Assembly (NCBI GenBank): GCA_947632605.1 | Contig: CANRPX010000003.1 | Coordinates: 11,367 to 75,366, forward strand | Origin: an uncultured Clostridia bacterium | GTDB taxonomy: Bacteria > Bacillota > Clostridia > TANB77 > CAG-508 | DNA length: 64,000 bases | Direction: 5' to 3' | Part shown: in pieces, positions 1-11,979 of the stretch | Position numbering within the stretch: position 1 is the first letter of the stretch | Layout: every line of letters starts with the position of its first letter | Position numbers and translations under genes: made by a program | Notes under the pieces: generated by a model | What the model was told of the DNA's origin: nothing | Seen by the model: only the letters and a program-made list of their open reading frames with translations | The model's database searches: none

Positions 1-988
1 CTTGTTCAAAAACATAAGACATATCTTGTTCATCTGAAAACCAAAGAATACCTTTGCATCTTATTATATTTTTTTGCCATTTAAAATTAACAAATTCTTC
101 AAATTTATTTCTATTAAATGGTTTTCTTCTAACATATACAAAAGTTCCAATTCCATATTCTTCTGCTTCACCTTCATCATGATGATGATGTCCATGATGT
201 TCGTGATGTTCATGCTCTTCATCTTCATCTTCGTCGTCATCATCTTCATGTTCATTTTCTTCATTTTCTAATTCTTTAACCCAAGCAGCTGATGTAGCAG
301 CCTTTTCAAAATCAAAATTATTAGTATCTATTATTTCTCCAACATCTACTTTTGCATAATTTGTTTCTATTATTTTTGCAACTGGTTGAAGAGCTTTTAT
401 AACTGCTTTTACTTTATTTAGTTCTTCTTTTGAAATAGAATCTACTTTATTTAAAATAATAGTATTACAAAATTCTATTTGTTGAATTAAAAGATTTTCA
501 ATATCTTCTTCATCTAAATTTTCATTTAATAAATTCTCACCAGAACCAAACTCATAAGCAAGTCTTGCTGCATCAACAACTGTAACTACATTATCTAATC
601 TACAAATCTTTGGAAGTCCATATTGTTCCGTTTGTTCTGAAAGAACTGTTATTGTTTGAGCAATTGGAAGAGGCTCACAAATTCCACTTGCTTCTATTAA
701 AATATAATCAAATTTTCCAGTTTTTATTATATCTACAATTTGTTGCATTAAATCTACTTTTAATGTACAGCAGATACAACCATTACTTAAAGGCACTAAA
801 TTGCTATCTTTTTCATTAACAACTCCACCTTTTTGTATTAATTCTGCATCTATATTTACTTCACCTATATCATTTACTATAACAGCTACTTTATAACCTT
901 CTTGATTTGTTAATACATGATTTATTAAAGTAGTTTTTCCAGCGCCTAAATAGCCTGTCAAAACTGTAATTGGCACTATCTTGTTCAT
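1..988 (-). CDS. COG0523/CobW-family GTPase (putative zinc metallochaperone), 3' end beyond window edge
   Basis: Minus-strand ORF absent from the ORF track because it runs off the window start. ATG at 988 is preceded by AAGGAGG. The N-terminus carries a P-loop (VLTGYLGAGKTTL), a GCICC motif and a His/Asp/Glu-rich tract (HEHHEHHGHHHH). Confidence 0.8.
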   Translation of the reverse strand, partial: MNKIVPITVLTGYLGAGKTTLINHVLTNQEGYKVAVIVNDIGEVNIDAELIQKGGVVNEKDSNLVPLSNGCICCTLKVDLMQQIVDIIKTGKFDYILIEASGICEPLPIAQTITVLSEQTEQYGLPKICRLDNVVTVVDAARLAYEFGSGENLLNENLDEEDIENLLIQQIEFCNTIILNKVDSISKEELNKVKAVIKALQPVAKIIETNYAKVDVGEIIDTNNFDFEKAATSAAWVKELENEENEHEDDDDEDEDEEHEHHEHHGHHHHDEGEAEEYGIGTFVYVRRKPFNRNKFEEFVNFKWQKNIIRCKGILWFSDEQDMSYVFEQ

Positions 989-1099
989 TGTTTCCTCCTT
1001 AAAAAAGCTAAATTTTTTATAGAGTTATTATATACTTTACAAGAATTTCTTTCAAGGGGTAAAGGATAATTGTAATATAATAACTCTATAAATTAAAAA

Positions 1100-2977
1100 T
1101 TATTCAAGTTCAAAATTTCCAGTATATAACTGATAATATTCGCCTTTTTGTGCGATTAATTCTTCATGATTTCCTCTTTCAATTATTCTTCCATTTTCAA
1201 GAACCATAATTGCTTTGGAATTTCTAACAGTAGATAATCTATGTGCAATAACAAAAACTGTTCTTCCTTCCATTAGTTTATCCATTCCTTCTTGGACAAT
1301 TTTTTCTGTTCTAGTATCAATACTTGATGTAGCTTCATCTAAAATCATAACTGGAGGATTATTTAAAGCAGCTCTTGCAATTGATAATAATTGTTTTTGT
1401 CCTTGTGATAAGCTTCCGCCATTTCCATCAATTTGTGTTTCATAGCCATTTGGAAGCATCATAATAAAATTATGAACATTAGCAAGTTTTGCAGCTTCAA
1501 TAACTTCTTCATCTGTTGCTTCAGGTTTTCCATATTTAATATTTTCTTTAATTGTTCCTGTAAATAAATTAACATCTTGTAAAACCATTCCCAAAGACTT
1601 TCTTAAATCATCTTTTCTAATTTTATTTACATTAATTCCATCATATCTAATTTTTCCATCTTCAATATCATAAAATCTATTAATTAAATTAGTTATTGTT
1701 GTTTTTCCTGCACCAGTAGCACCAACAAAAGCAATTTTTTGTCCTGGTTTTGCATATACAGAAATATCATGTAAAACTGTTTTCTTACCATCATAACTAA
1801 AATCAACATCACATAGTTCTATGTCTCCTTTTAATTCAACATACTCAAGTCTTCCATCACTATGAGGATGTTTCCAAGCCCATTTTCCTGTGTAATGATC
1901 TGTTTCAACAATTTTTCCATCTGTAATTTCAGCATTTACTAAAGTAACATATCCATTATCTTCTTCTGGCTTTTCATCAATAAGATTAAATATTCTTTTT
2001 GCACCAGCTAATGCCATTATAATCATATTTATATGTTGTGAAATTTGAGATATTGGCATTGAAAAATTTTTACTTAAATTCAAGAAAGAAACAATTGCTC
2101 CAATTGTTAATCCACCAATTCCTTTTATTGCTAAAAATCCACCAACTATACCAATTAATACATATTGCATATTTCCTAAATTAGCAAGAGTAGGCATTAA
2201 AATATTTGCATACTTATTTGCTTCTGTTGAATCATTACAAAGTTCATTGTTTAACTTTTCGAATTCTTCCATAGACTCTTGTTCACGAGAAAATACTTTT
2301 ACTACTTTTTGTCCATTTACCATTTCTTCTATATAGCCATTAACCTTTGCAATAGATTCTTGTTGTCTAATAAAATATCTACCACTTTTTCCTGTAATAT
2401 TTTTTGATATATTTATTATGATTATTAAAAGAAAAACAACCAATATTGTTAAATAAATACTTGTTTTAATCATTGCTAAAAATGTTAATATAAGTGTTAA
2501 TGATAAAGATATCATTTGAGGAATACCTCTAGAAATCATTTCTCTTAATGTATCTGTATCATTTGTATAATAACTCATTATATCTCCATGTGTATGCGTA
2601 TCAAAATATTTTATAGGCAAATATTGCATCTTTTCGAACATTTCATTACGAATATCTCTTAATGTTCCTTGACCTATTTTAGACATCAATCTATTATAAG
2701 TATATGATGATATTATAGCAACTAAATAAATAACAACTATTACACTTAATGCTCTAAATAATGGTGCAAAAGAAGGATTTTCCTGTCCAATCATAGGCAT
2801 AACATAATCATCTATCAAATTTTGTAAAAAAAGTGAGCTTGCAACTGTACCGAAGGAAGAAAATAATACGCAAAATATAACTAATACAAATTGAAATTTA
2901 TATTTTTTAAATACATATCCAAAAATTCTTTTTAGAGTTTTTAAATCTAGTTTTCTTTTATTATTTTCCATTTTCAT
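1100..2977 (-). CDS. ABC transporter, fused permease/ATP-binding subunit (multidrug-exporter type)
   Basis: 625 aa with an N-terminal 6-TM domain. Walker A (GATGAGKTT), ABC signature (LSQGQKQ) and Walker B (ILDEATS) are present. Confidence 0.9.
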   Translation of the reverse strand: MKMENNKRKLDLKTLKRIFGYVFKKYKFQFVLVIFCVLFSSFGTVASSLFLQNLIDDYVMPMIGQENPSFAPLFRALSVIVVIYLVAIISSYTYNRLMSKIGQGTLRDIRNEMFEKMQYLPIKYFDTHTHGDIMSYYTNDTDTLREMISRGIPQMISLSLTLILTFLAMIKTSIYLTILVVFLLIIIINISKNITGKSGRYFIRQQESIAKVNGYIEEMVNGQKVVKVFSREQESMEEFEKLNNELCNDSTEANKYANILMPTLANLGNMQYVLIGIVGGFLAIKGIGGLTIGAIVSFLNLSKNFSMPISQISQHINMIIMALAGAKRIFNLIDEKPEEDNGYVTLVNAEITDGKIVETDHYTGKWAWKHPHSDGRLEYVELKGDIELCDVDFSYDGKKTVLHDISVYAKPGQKIAFVGATGAGKTTITNLINRFYDIEDGKIRYDGINVNKIRKDDLRKSLGMVLQDVNLFTGTIKENIKYGKPEATDEEVIEAAKLANVHNFIMMLPNGYETQIDGNGGSLSQGQKQLLSIARAALNNPPVMILDEATSSIDTRTEKIVQEGMDKLMEGRTVFVIAHRLSTVRNSKAIMVLENGRIIERGNHEELIAQKGEYYQLYTGNFELE

Positions 2978-4712
2978 CTCCTCCCTTCATTTGTGATTCA
3001 TATACTTCTTTATATATTTCATTTGTTTTTAATAGCTCATCATGTGTTCCAATTCCGTTAATTTCACCATTATCTAAAACAATAATTTTATCACAATCTT
3101 GAACAGAAGAAATTCTTTGGGCTATTATAAGTTTTGTAGTCTCTGGTAATTCTTCAGAAAATGCTTTTCTAATTAAACTTTCTGTTTTTGTATCTACTGC
3201 TGATGTTGAATCATCTAATATAAGTATTTTAGGCTTTTTAAGTAATGCTCTTGCAATACAAAGTCTTTGTTTTTGTCCACCACTTACATTAGTTCCACCT
3301 TGTTCTATAAAAGTATCATATCCTTCTGGAAATTTAGATATAAAATCATCTGCTTGTGCATATTTACAAACTTTAACAAGTTCTTCATCAGTTGCTTCTT
3401 TATTTCCCCATCTTAAATTTTCTTTAATTGTTCCAGAAAATAATTCATTTCTTTGAAGTACCATAGAAACAGCATCTCTTAAAGTTTTTATATCATAATT
3501 TCTTACATCAACATCTCCTATTTTTAAGTTTCCTTTAGTTACATCATATAGTCTAGGAATTAATTGTACCATTGTTGATTTTGCAGAACCAGTTCCTCCA
3601 ATTATTCCTACTGTTTCTCCTGAATTAATTTTTAAATTTATATTTTTCAATGCTAAATTATTAATATCTTTAAAATAACTAAAAGATACATTATCAAATT
3701 CAATTGATCCATCTTTTACTTCTAAAACAGGATTTTCTGGATTCTTTAAATCAGGCTCTTCTTCTAATATTTCAACAATTCTTTTTCCTGATTCTGAAGC
3801 TAATGTAAGCATTACAAATATCATAGAAAGCATCATTAAGCTCATTAACATTTGCATTGTGTATGTAATTAAACTTGTAAATTCTCCTACGGTTAATGTA
3901 TTTATTACTATAAAATGACTTCCAAACCAAGCAATTAATGTTAAACATGTATATATTGTTAACTGCATGATTGGATTATTAAGTGCTAAAATTGCTTCTG
4001 CTTTTGTAAAGTTTTTATAAATACTATTTGAAACATCATTAAATTTTTTAATTTCCTTTTCTTCTGTTACAAAAGATTTTACAATTCTTACACCTTTTAC
4101 ATTTTCTTGTACAACTGCATTCAGTTTATCATAAGTATTGAATACTTTTCTAAAAATTGGATGAACTACTTTTGAAATAGTTAATAGCGAAAATACAAGT
4201 ATTGGTGCTGCTATAAGAAAAATTATTGCTATTTTATGATTTATTAAAAATGCCATTAAAAAAGCAAATGTTAAAGTTAAAGGTGCTCTTACAGCTGTTC
4301 TTATTATCATCATGAAAGCTTGTTGAACATTTACAACATCTGTTGTCATTCTTGTAACAATACTTGATGTACTAAATTTATCTATATTAAAAAAAGAGTA
4401 ATCTTGAAATTTTGTATACATATCTTTTCTTAAATTTTTAGCAAAGCCTGAAGAGGCTTTTGCTGCAAATTTTCCTGATAATCTACCAAAATTTAAAGAT
4501 AAAAATGCTATAATAACTAGTTCTACACCTATTTTAATTATAGTCATCATATTTTGTTTATTTATACCTTCATCTATTAATCTTGCAAGAAGTAATGGTA
4601 TCAAAATTTCCATTAAAACTTCAAAAATCATAAATAAAGGTGCTAAAAATGTGTCTTTTTTATATTCCTTAACTGATTTTAATAATTTTCTTATCATAAT
4701 TAATCTCTCCAA
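2961..4712 (-). CDS. ABC transporter, fused permease/ATP-binding subunit (partner of downstream gene)
   Basis: 583 aa with a TM domain, GGTGSAKST Walker A, LSGGQKQR signature and ILDDSTSAVD Walker B. It overlaps the next ABC gene, suggesting a heterodimeric exporter. Confidence 0.9.
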   Translation of the reverse strand: MERLIMIRKLLKSVKEYKKDTFLAPLFMIFEVLMEILIPLLLARLIDEGINKQNMMTIIKIGVELVIIAFLSLNFGRLSGKFAAKASSGFAKNLRKDMYTKFQDYSFFNIDKFSTSSIVTRMTTDVVNVQQAFMMIIRTAVRAPLTLTFAFLMAFLINHKIAIIFLIAAPILVFSLLTISKVVHPIFRKVFNTYDKLNAVVQENVKGVRIVKSFVTEEKEIKKFNDVSNSIYKNFTKAEAILALNNPIMQLTIYTCLTLIAWFGSHFIVINTLTVGEFTSLITYTMQMLMSLMMLSMIFVMLTLASESGKRIVEILEEEPDLKNPENPVLEVKDGSIEFDNVSFSYFKDINNLALKNINLKINSGETVGIIGGTGSAKSTMVQLIPRLYDVTKGNLKIGDVDVRNYDIKTLRDAVSMVLQRNELFSGTIKENLRWGNKEATDEELVKVCKYAQADDFISKFPEGYDTFIEQGGTNVSGGQKQRLCIARALLKKPKILILDDSTSAVDTKTESLIRKAFSEELPETTKLIIAQRISSVQDCDKIIVLDNGEINGIGTHDELLKTNEIYKEVYESQMKGGDENGK

Positions 4713-4787
4713 AGTTTTTATTTAAAAGTTTTTTAATTTTCTTAAACAATAATATTTTGATTATATAATACTTTTCTTAAATTAATA

Positions 4788-5555
4788 TTAAATTTTTTCA
4801 TTTAAATAATCATAAGCAATTTTTTCTATTAATTCTATTTGTTTTTGTGTTTTTTCTACTTTATAATCAAATTTATCAAGTATTTTATTTACAAAATTAT
4901 TATCTAAAATATATTTAAATGTGTATTTAAAATTAGTATCAAAAATAAAGCTTATTACTAAAATAATAGAATCAATTTTAGTTTGATCTTTTTCTCTAAA
5001 TATACATTCATGTTTTTTAAATGTGTTTATATAATTTTCAGATATAATTCCTTCTTCAACTTGTTTTATTTCTTCATCTGTATGCCAAAGCATAAGTTCA
5101 CTTGCTTCATAAAAAATATCTAATTTATCCGCATCTTTAATTATTTTTGCAAACATCAAAGTATTTTCATCTAAACCTTCTTCTATTGAAAATTTATTAT
5201 GATTTTTAATTGCTGTTTTTATTATTTCATCATATTCATCTGTTTCTATAAATTTTCTAATAAAGTTATCTTTTTCTAATATTTGAACACCCATATCTCC
5301 GTGGTCAAAACTTTTATAGTCAGAAAAAGTTCTATAATTTTTGAATTGTTCAAATCTTGCAATATCATGAAGTAATCCAATTAAAGTTGCAAGTTTAATT
5401 TCTTCTTCATTTAAATTTAAAGACTCTGCAATTTCTCTACTTAATTCCATAACTCTTATTGAATGATGTATTTTTCTATAAATACTAGATTCTTTATCAT
5501 CATAATTTGATACATAATTCATAAATTCTTCTTTAGCTTTTTTTAAATCTATCAT
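4788..5555 (-). CDS. HD-domain phosphohydrolase
   Basis: H...HD motif (HHSIRV ... LLHDIARF). Confidence 0.7.
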   Translation of the reverse strand: MIDLKKAKEEFMNYVSNYDDKESSIYRKIHHSIRVMELSREIAESLNLNEEEIKLATLIGLLHDIARFEQFKNYRTFSDYKSFDHGDMGVQILEKDNFIRKFIETDEYDEIIKTAIKNHNKFSIEEGLDENTLMFAKIIKDADKLDIFYEASELMLWHTDEEIKQVEEGIISENYINTFKKHECIFREKDQTKIDSIILVISFIFDTNFKYTFKYILDNNFVNKILDKFDYKVEKTQKQIELIEKIAYDYLNEKI

Positions 5556-5660
5556 TTTATCTCTCCTTTTCCTTTGGTAATTATATACTTGTTATATTAA
5601 TATTTCAATAACTTTTATTATTTAAAATACACCTTATATAGCATAAGGTGTATTTTAAAT

Positions 5661-6920
5661 TTACAATTGTTTTTTGTTATCATATTTTAATTCGTATTCT
5701 GAATATTTTGTTGGATCTATACCTACTTTATTTTTCATGTAAATAAGTGTAATTATCATCATTATTAAGCTAAATGTACCAAATACAACCATTGCATTTG
5801 GTATTGGTATTATTTTTAATAGCCTTGCTGCAAAAAGTCCAAATATTACACTTGTTATAGAATTTGCAAAACTATTTACTGCAAAAATTTTTGTATCAAT
5901 TTTACTATTTGTAAAATTACTTAAATATTTTATTAATAGAACATTATATAATCCTACAACTATATATTTGATTATGTACATTATAAAAATAGTGCTTAAT
6001 GTCATAATTAAATTAAATCCTAATAGGGTTACTCCACCAGAAATAATTATTGATAATGATAGCAATATTCCTATAATTGATAAAGTTCTATTTTTAAATT
6101 TCTTTTGAAATAAATATTGTTTTCTAGAAGAAATTGCAGAAACTATATTTAATATTGCAAAAGATATTCCTATGTATTTTGATGCTATTTCTAAGTTTTC
6201 TAATAAGCTAATTTCATAAGTTCCAAGAACAGAAAGTACACCATAAAAAACAGCAGAAAAAATTAATAAGCACCTACATCTTTTAGATTTAAATGAAAAT
6301 ATTATTGCTTCTTTTATAGAAACTTCTTCTTCCTTTTTTTCTTCTTTTGGTGGTTCAACTTCTTCAAATCTTGTTGACATTACAACTGTAATAAGAACTA
6401 TTACAAGTGATAATGAAATTGGAATATATCCATTTATTTCATATAAAAAGCCAGAAAGTATAAGTGAAATCGCACTTAAAATATAATATCCTGAAACAGC
6501 ATTTCCTTGTATTCTTGCAAATATATTGCTTTTTTCAACATTAGAAGAAATTATGGATTCATGCAGAATTGCTGGTTCTGCAATATCTTTAAGGGCAAAT
6601 GCTAAAGCACAAATAAGTTCAGCAGAAATCAAATGTACTAAATTATCACTGTTCATAACAATAATTAAATAAATAGCATTACATATATTTCCAATTACCA
6701 TTCCTCTTTTTCTTCCTATTTTTTCAATAATCATTGTAGCAGGAACTTGAAATAATATTACAAATAATGCATAAAAAGTATCTACCAGAACAACAGCTGA
6801 CATATCTATTTTCTTTATTTGAGTTAAAAATAGTACATTTATTGTATAAAAAAATAGAAAATCTCTTGATAATGGTCTATATTTTGGATAAAGTTTTAGA
6901 TTTTTATCTTCTTTTTTCAT
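5661..6920 (-). CDS. MFS-type transporter
   Basis: 419 aa with roughly 12 hydrophobic segments and a charged central loop. Confidence 0.7.
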   Translation of the reverse strand: MKKEDKNLKLYPKYRPLSRDFLFFYTINVLFLTQIKKIDMSAVVLVDTFYALFVILFQVPATMIIEKIGRKRGMVIGNICNAIYLIIVMNSDNLVHLISAELICALAFALKDIAEPAILHESIISSNVEKSNIFARIQGNAVSGYYILSAISLILSGFLYEINGYIPISLSLVIVLITVVMSTRFEEVEPPKEEKKEEEVSIKEAIIFSFKSKRCRCLLIFSAVFYGVLSVLGTYEISLLENLEIASKYIGISFAILNIVSAISSRKQYLFQKKFKNRTLSIIGILLSLSIIISGGVTLLGFNLIMTLSTIFIMYIIKYIVVGLYNVLLIKYLSNFTNSKIDTKIFAVNSFANSITSVIFGLFAARLLKIIPIPNAMVVFGTFSLIMMIITLIYMKNKVGIDPTKYSEYELKYDNKKQL

Positions 6921-6963
6921 CGCTCGTAGTTTTCTCCTTTATATAGTATATCTATTTTTGTTG

Positions 6964-7857
6964 TTATCTTGACCTTCTTTTCAACTTCTTTCTTTTCTTC
7001 ATTTGCTCTTTTTCCAATTTCTTTTCTTCTTTTTTTCTAATCTTTTCTAATTTCTTTTCTTCTTTTGTAAGTTTTTTCTTCCAAAACTTTCTTTCTTCTT
7101 TTTCTTTCCATAATTTTCTATAATGTTTTATAATTAAGAATAAAATTATTATAAATATTATAATTAAGACAATATATAAGATTAAATAAGCAGTTCTAGT
7201 ATCTTTTTGTATTTCATTAAATTCATTTTGCTCATAATAAGTATAATTTACATTACATTCTTCAAGAGATGGTTTTTCTTGATTCCTTTCGTATTTATAT
7301 CCATCTAAATCTATGTAAGTAATTGTACCATAATCATCAATCATAAATTTAGTATCTAAAGCATTATAATCAATTAAGTAATCTTTCATTATTAATTTAA
7401 ATTCATTTTCATCATTTAAATTAACTTTTATCTGAATATATTTTTGGTTATTGTATTCGTATTCACCAATTATTTCAGTATTTTGCATTGAAAAGCAATA
7501 ATGTCTCAATTCAATTTCATTCTCTTTAATTGTATTAAAACCGAGACCTTCAAAGTATTTAACATAACCGGTATAATCAGAATTTCTTAAAAGCTCATCT
7601 AATTTTTGAGCTTTTTCTTCTTCTTGTGTATAAACATTATTAATGTTATTACTTATAAATTGTTCCATATTATACTTTAATAAATTTTCTGAAAGTAATA
7701 AATAAATTTTGCAACCTTCGGTAAGGTTTTCAATTTTTAAATTTATATTTTTTTCTGGTACTGATATTGCTTCAGTAGCAAGAGAAATATTATTAAATAA
7801 CAAATTTATTAAAATAAATATTATAATTAATAAACTTAAGCTTTTGTATTTTAACAT
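6964..7857 (-). CDS. hypothetical secreted/membrane protein with C-terminal TM and K/E-rich tail
   Basis: Signal-like N-terminus, a C-terminal hydrophobic helix and an (EKKLEK)n tail. Confidence 0.5.
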   Translation of the reverse strand: MLKYKSLSLLIIIFILINLLFNNISLATEAISVPEKNINLKIENLTEGCKIYLLLSENLLKYNMEQFISNNINNVYTQEEEKAQKLDELLRNSDYTGYVKYFEGLGFNTIKENEIELRHYCFSMQNTEIIGEYEYNNQKYIQIKVNLNDENEFKLIMKDYLIDYNALDTKFMIDDYGTITYIDLDGYKYERNQEKPSLEECNVNYTYYEQNEFNEIQKDTRTAYLILYIVLIIIFIIILFLIIKHYRKLWKEKEERKFWKKKLTKEEKKLEKIRKKEEKKLEKEQMKKRKKLKRRSR

Positions 7858-7897
7858 TTCTTAATCCTTTCAGTTTTACTTTTGTATATATTTTATA

Positions 7898-8851
7898 TTA
7901 TTTTAAATTTTTTGCAACCTCATTAATAATAGCTTTTTTAGCTTCTTCAAAAGTCATATTTAAAGTAGCACCTGCTGCTTTAATATGCCCACCGCCACCA
8001 AAAGCAGAACATACATCTGATACATTTACATATTCACTAGAACGAAGTGAAGCTTTAAATCCATTATCTTTTTCATATATAAATATTGATACTTCTACAC
8101 CTTCAACATTCTTTCCTATTTCAACTATTCCATCACGTTCACCTGGTTTAAGATTTAGTTCTTCATCATCTTTTTTCGTTAAATATGTAAAAGCAATTTT
8201 TCCATCTTCGAAAAATTCTAATCTATTCATTGCAACTTTTTGTGCTTCAAATTTTGTTCTTGACATCATAAGCATTGATTGATGATAAATGCTTGATAAG
8301 TTAATTCCTTTTTCTAAGCACCAAGAAGCAAATTCAAATGATTCAACAGTTACATTACTATTTCTAAAACCATTTGTATCTGTAATTATTCCAGTTAATA
8401 GACATATTCCTATATCTTTTGTTATTTCTAATCCTAAATATTCAAAACTTGATACAAGAATTTGTGCTGTTGCTGGAGAAACATGATTAACAATATTATA
8501 ATCAGCAAACATATCATTTTTATTATGATGGTCAATTTGAACTTTTACTTTTGCTTCATCATAATAATCTATAAATTCTGAGTTTACTCTTTTAATATTT
8601 GGACAATCTAAAACAATTGCTAAATCATATTTTTTTATTTCTGATTCAACAAAAATAAATTCTTTTCCTGGTAAAAACGAAAAAGTTTCTGGAAAATCTT
8701 TCATTAATACTATTGCATTTTTTCCCATATTTCTAATCATTAAGCACATAGCAAGAGCACTCCCGATGGCATCACCATCTGGAGCCTCATGCGCCATAAT
8801 AACTACATTTTCAGCATTTTTAACTTCAACTAATATATCATCTAATGTCAT
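7898..8851 (-). CDS. nrnA: DHH-family phosphoesterase (NrnA-like oligoribonuclease/pAp phosphatase)
   Basis: DHH motifs (HEAPDGDAIGS, DHH) and DHHA1 GGGGH. Last gene of the nusA-infB operon, as in Bacillus. Confidence 0.85.
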   Translation of the reverse strand: MTLDDILVEVKNAENVVIMAHEAPDGDAIGSALAMCLMIRNMGKNAIVLMKDFPETFSFLPGKEFIFVESEIKKYDLAIVLDCPNIKRVNSEFIDYYDEAKVKVQIDHHNKNDMFADYNIVNHVSPATAQILVSSFEYLGLEITKDIGICLLTGIITDTNGFRNSNVTVESFEFASWCLEKGINLSSIYHQSMLMMSRTKFEAQKVAMNRLEFFEDGKIAFTYLTKKDDEELNLKPGERDGIVEIGKNVEGVEVSIFIYEKDNGFKASLRSSEYVNVSDVCSAFGGGGHIKAAGATLNMTFEEAKKAIINEVAKNLK

Positions 8852-8853
8852 AT

Positions 8854-9216
8854 TTATTCTCCTTTTTTCAAATCTTTAGTAATATCTTTTAAGATTTCAT
8901 CTATTCTAGAACCATATTCTATTGAATCATCGAATTCAAATATAAGTTCAGGTGTATTTCTTAAATTTACTTTTTTAGCTATACTACTTCTTATATATCC
9001 ACTAGATTGTTTTAGAATAGATAGGTTTTCTTTCTTGCTTTTTTCGTTTATCATTGTAACATAAACTTTTGCAAATCTAAGATCAGGTGTAGTTTTTACT
9101 TTACTTACACTAATTAAGCCTGTAAGATGAGGATTTTTAAGGTCTGTTGAAATTATTCTGCTAATTTCTTTTTTTAATTCCTCATCTATTTTGTTCATTC
9201 TATTATTATTAGCCAT
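8854..9216 (-). CDS. rbfA: ribosome-binding factor A
   Basis: 120-aa RbfA-like protein immediately downstream of infB. Confidence 0.9.
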   Translation of the reverse strand: MANNNRMNKIDEELKKEISRIISTDLKNPHLTGLISVSKVKTTPDLRFAKVYVTMINEKSKKENLSILKQSSGYIRSSIAKKVNLRNTPELIFEFDDSIEYGSRIDEILKDITKDLKKGE

Positions 9217-9238
9217 ATAAACTTCCCTTCATAATATA

Positions 9239-11866
9239 TTATTTTACTTGTTCCATAATGTAAACTTCTAGTTGATCTCCTTCTTTAATATCATTAAATC
9301 CATCAATTTGAAGACCACATTCATAGCCTTTATCAACTTCTTTAACATCATCTTTAAATCTTTTTAGAGATACTAGTTTTCCATCATGAATTACTATATT
9401 ATCACGAATTACTCTAATTCCAGCATTTCTAGCTACTTTTCCTGTTAAAACATAAGAACCAGCAATTGTACCAACATTTGAAACTTTAAATGTTTGTCTT
9501 ATCTCTGCTGTACCAATAACAACTTCTTTATATACTGGATCTAACATTCCTTTCATTGCAGCTTCAACATCATTTATTGCATCATATATTACAGAGTATT
9601 GTTTTATTTCAACTCCTTCTTTATCTGCAATTGTTTTGGCTATAACTTCTGGTCTAACATTAAATGCTATTATTATTGCTCCAGATACTTTTGCTAAAGT
9701 AACATCTGATTCAGTAACTCCACCAACATTTGAGTGAATTACTTTTACTATAACTTCTTCGTTTGAAAGTTTTTCTAGAGATTGTTTTAAAGCTTCTACT
9801 GAACCTTGAACATCTGCTTTTACAATTAAATTTAATTGTTTTAGATTTTCACTTTCAATTTTATTAAATAAATCATCAAGTGTAACAACTGTATTATGTG
9901 CAATTTCTTTTTCTCTTTTTTCTGATTTTCTCTTTTCAATTAAATGTTTTGCTGTTCTTTCATCTTTTACTTCATAGAATATATCTCCTGATTCTGGAAC
10001 AGAAGTTAAACCTGTAATTTCTACTGGTGTAGATGGTCCAGCTGTTTTAACTTTTTTACCTTTATAGTTTTGCATAGTTCTAATTCTACCGATTGAAGAA
10101 CCAACTATAATTGTATCTCCAACATCTAATTGACCTCTTTGAACAAGCATTGTAGCAACTGGTCCTTTTGTTTTATCAAGTCTTGCTTCAATTACTGTAC
10201 CTTTTGCTTGTTTTGTAGGATTTGCTTTTAATTCTAATACATCTGCTTGTAATAGTACCATTTCTAGCAAATTATCAATACCTTCTTTTTTCTTTGCAGA
10301 AATTGGAACATAAATTGTATCTCCACCCCAAGCTTCAGGAACTAAATCATATTTCATTAATTCTTGCTGTACTTTTTCAAAATTAGCATCAGGTAAATCC
10401 ATTTTATTTACTGCAACAATTATTGGAATATTTGCTGCTTTTGCATGGTTAATAGCTTCAACTGTTTGAGGCATAACACCATCATTTGCTGCAACAACTA
10501 AAATTGCTATATCTGTAATCATTGCACCTCTTGCTCTCATACTTGTAAAAGCTTCATGTCCAGGTGTATCTAAGAAAGTAATATCTCTATCATTTATTTT
10601 TACTTGATATGCACCAATATGTTGTGTAATACCACCTGATTCTCCTTCTATTACATTTGTACTTCTTATAGCATCAAGAAGTGAAGTTTTTCCATGGTCA
10701 ACGTGTCCCATAACTACTATTACTGGTGGTCTTGGTTTTAAATCTTCTTCTTTATCTTCTGTTTCATCAATTAATATATCTTCATCTGTTACAACATTTT
10801 TCTTTACTGCATTAATTCCATATTCTTGTGCAATTAGATATGCTGTATCAAAATCTAATTCATTATTTATTGTTGCCATTATTCCCAAACTTAATAATTT
10901 TTTAATAACATCACCACTAGTTATTTTCATTTCTGTTGCTAAATCTTTTACTGAAATGTTTTCAGGAATAGTTATTTCTGTTAATTTAAATATTTTTTGT
11001 TTTGTTCTATTTTCTTGTTTTGCATTTTTCTTCTTGCCACGTCTTCCTCTTTCAGTGCTTAAATCGTAGTAATCTAACATATCTCCTTCTTTAAACATAT
11101 TAGATAATTGACCTTGTCTTTTTAAATTATTCAATTTATCATTATCAAAATCATTATTATTATTTCTACGATTATTCTTTTTAATATTTTTTTGTTCATC
11201 TAATTGTCTATTTTGTTTTGCTTTATCTTTTGCTTTATTTCCATAATCTCTAACATTTTCTTTTTCTGTTGGAATATCAACATCCATTATGTTTTTAATT
11301 TTTCTATCTATTCCTCTGTCATCATTTTTTCTATAATTATTTCTGTTATTATCTTTTTTTGCAAAATTAGATTTTTCACTATCACTAAAACTTTTCTTAT
11401 TATCTTTATTATATTGAGTTTCTCTTTTATTATTTTTAAATTCTTGTTTATTATCTTTTATCTCATGGACTTTTTTTGCATCAGAAACCACAGCTTCTGT
11501 TTCTTTTTTAGCAGAAACTGTTTTTTCTACTTTTTCACTATCAGTTACAACTTTAGAAGGTTTTTCTTCTTTTTTTGTTTCAGTTTTCTTTGTAGTTAGC
11601 CCTAACAATTCACTTACTGTAAGAGGCTTTGAAGGTTTATCTCTATAAACTATATTATAGTCTTTATTCCTTTTATTTTCAATAAAACCTACATCTTTTT
11701 TTCTTGCTTGTTCTCTTCTTTTTCTTTCTTCTTCTTTTTTCTGTTCTTCATCATCATTAATAATAACTGCTCTTCTAATTATAACTGGTTCATCGTTCTT
11801 TTCTTTTTTATTATCCATAGATTTTGTTTTTGAAACTCCTTTAATCTTTTTTTCAATCTTTTCCAT
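9239..11866 (-). CDS. infB: translation initiation factor IF-2
   Basis: 875 aa with a low-complexity basic N-terminus, the G-domain ([24 protein letters not shown]) and a C-terminal IF2 domain. Confidence 0.95.
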   Translation of the reverse strand: MEKIEKKIKGVSKTKSMDNKKEKNDEPVIIRRAVIINDDEEQKKEEERKRREQARKKDVGFIENKRNKDYNIVYRDKPSKPLTVSELLGLTTKKTETKKEEKPSKVVTDSEKVEKTVSAKKETEAVVSDAKKVHEIKDNKQEFKNNKRETQYNKDNKKSFSDSEKSNFAKKDNNRNNYRKNDDRGIDRKIKNIMDVDIPTEKENVRDYGNKAKDKAKQNRQLDEQKNIKKNNRRNNNNDFDNDKLNNLKRQGQLSNMFKEGDMLDYYDLSTERGRRGKKKNAKQENRTKQKIFKLTEITIPENISVKDLATEMKITSGDVIKKLLSLGIMATINNELDFDTAYLIAQEYGINAVKKNVVTDEDILIDETEDKEEDLKPRPPVIVVMGHVDHGKTSLLDAIRSTNVIEGESGGITQHIGAYQVKINDRDITFLDTPGHEAFTSMRARGAMITDIAILVVAANDGVMPQTVEAINHAKAANIPIIVAVNKMDLPDANFEKVQQELMKYDLVPEAWGGDTIYVPISAKKKEGIDNLLEMVLLQADVLELKANPTKQAKGTVIEARLDKTKGPVATMLVQRGQLDVGDTIIVGSSIGRIRTMQNYKGKKVKTAGPSTPVEITGLTSVPESGDIFYEVKDERTAKHLIEKRKSEKREKEIAHNTVVTLDDLFNKIESENLKQLNLIVKADVQGSVEALKQSLEKLSNEEVIVKVIHSNVGGVTESDVTLAKVSGAIIIAFNVRPEVIAKTIADKEGVEIKQYSVIYDAINDVEAAMKGMLDPVYKEVVIGTAEIRQTFKVSNVGTIAGSYVLTGKVARNAGIRVIRDNIVIHDGKLVSLKRFKDDVKEVDKGYECGLQIDGFNDIKEGDQLEVYIMEQVK

Positions 11867-11979
11867 TTCTTCTTTAGTGATAGAGCTTAAATGACTTTTA
11901 GCTTCTATTCCGTTCTTGTTTAGCTATTTCTAAAACTTTTTTTGCTTCTACACCTAAGTTTTTAGCTATTTCATGAATT

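Noticed and set aside
64-271. ORFs 64..264 (-) and 74..271 (+)
   Set aside because: They are alternative frames of the His/Asp-rich tract of the CobW-family gene and give repetitive M/K/F-rich translations.
11204-11599. 131-aa plus-strand ORF inside infB
   Set aside because: Antisense to the lysine-rich region of infB, with an F/I-rich low-complexity translation.
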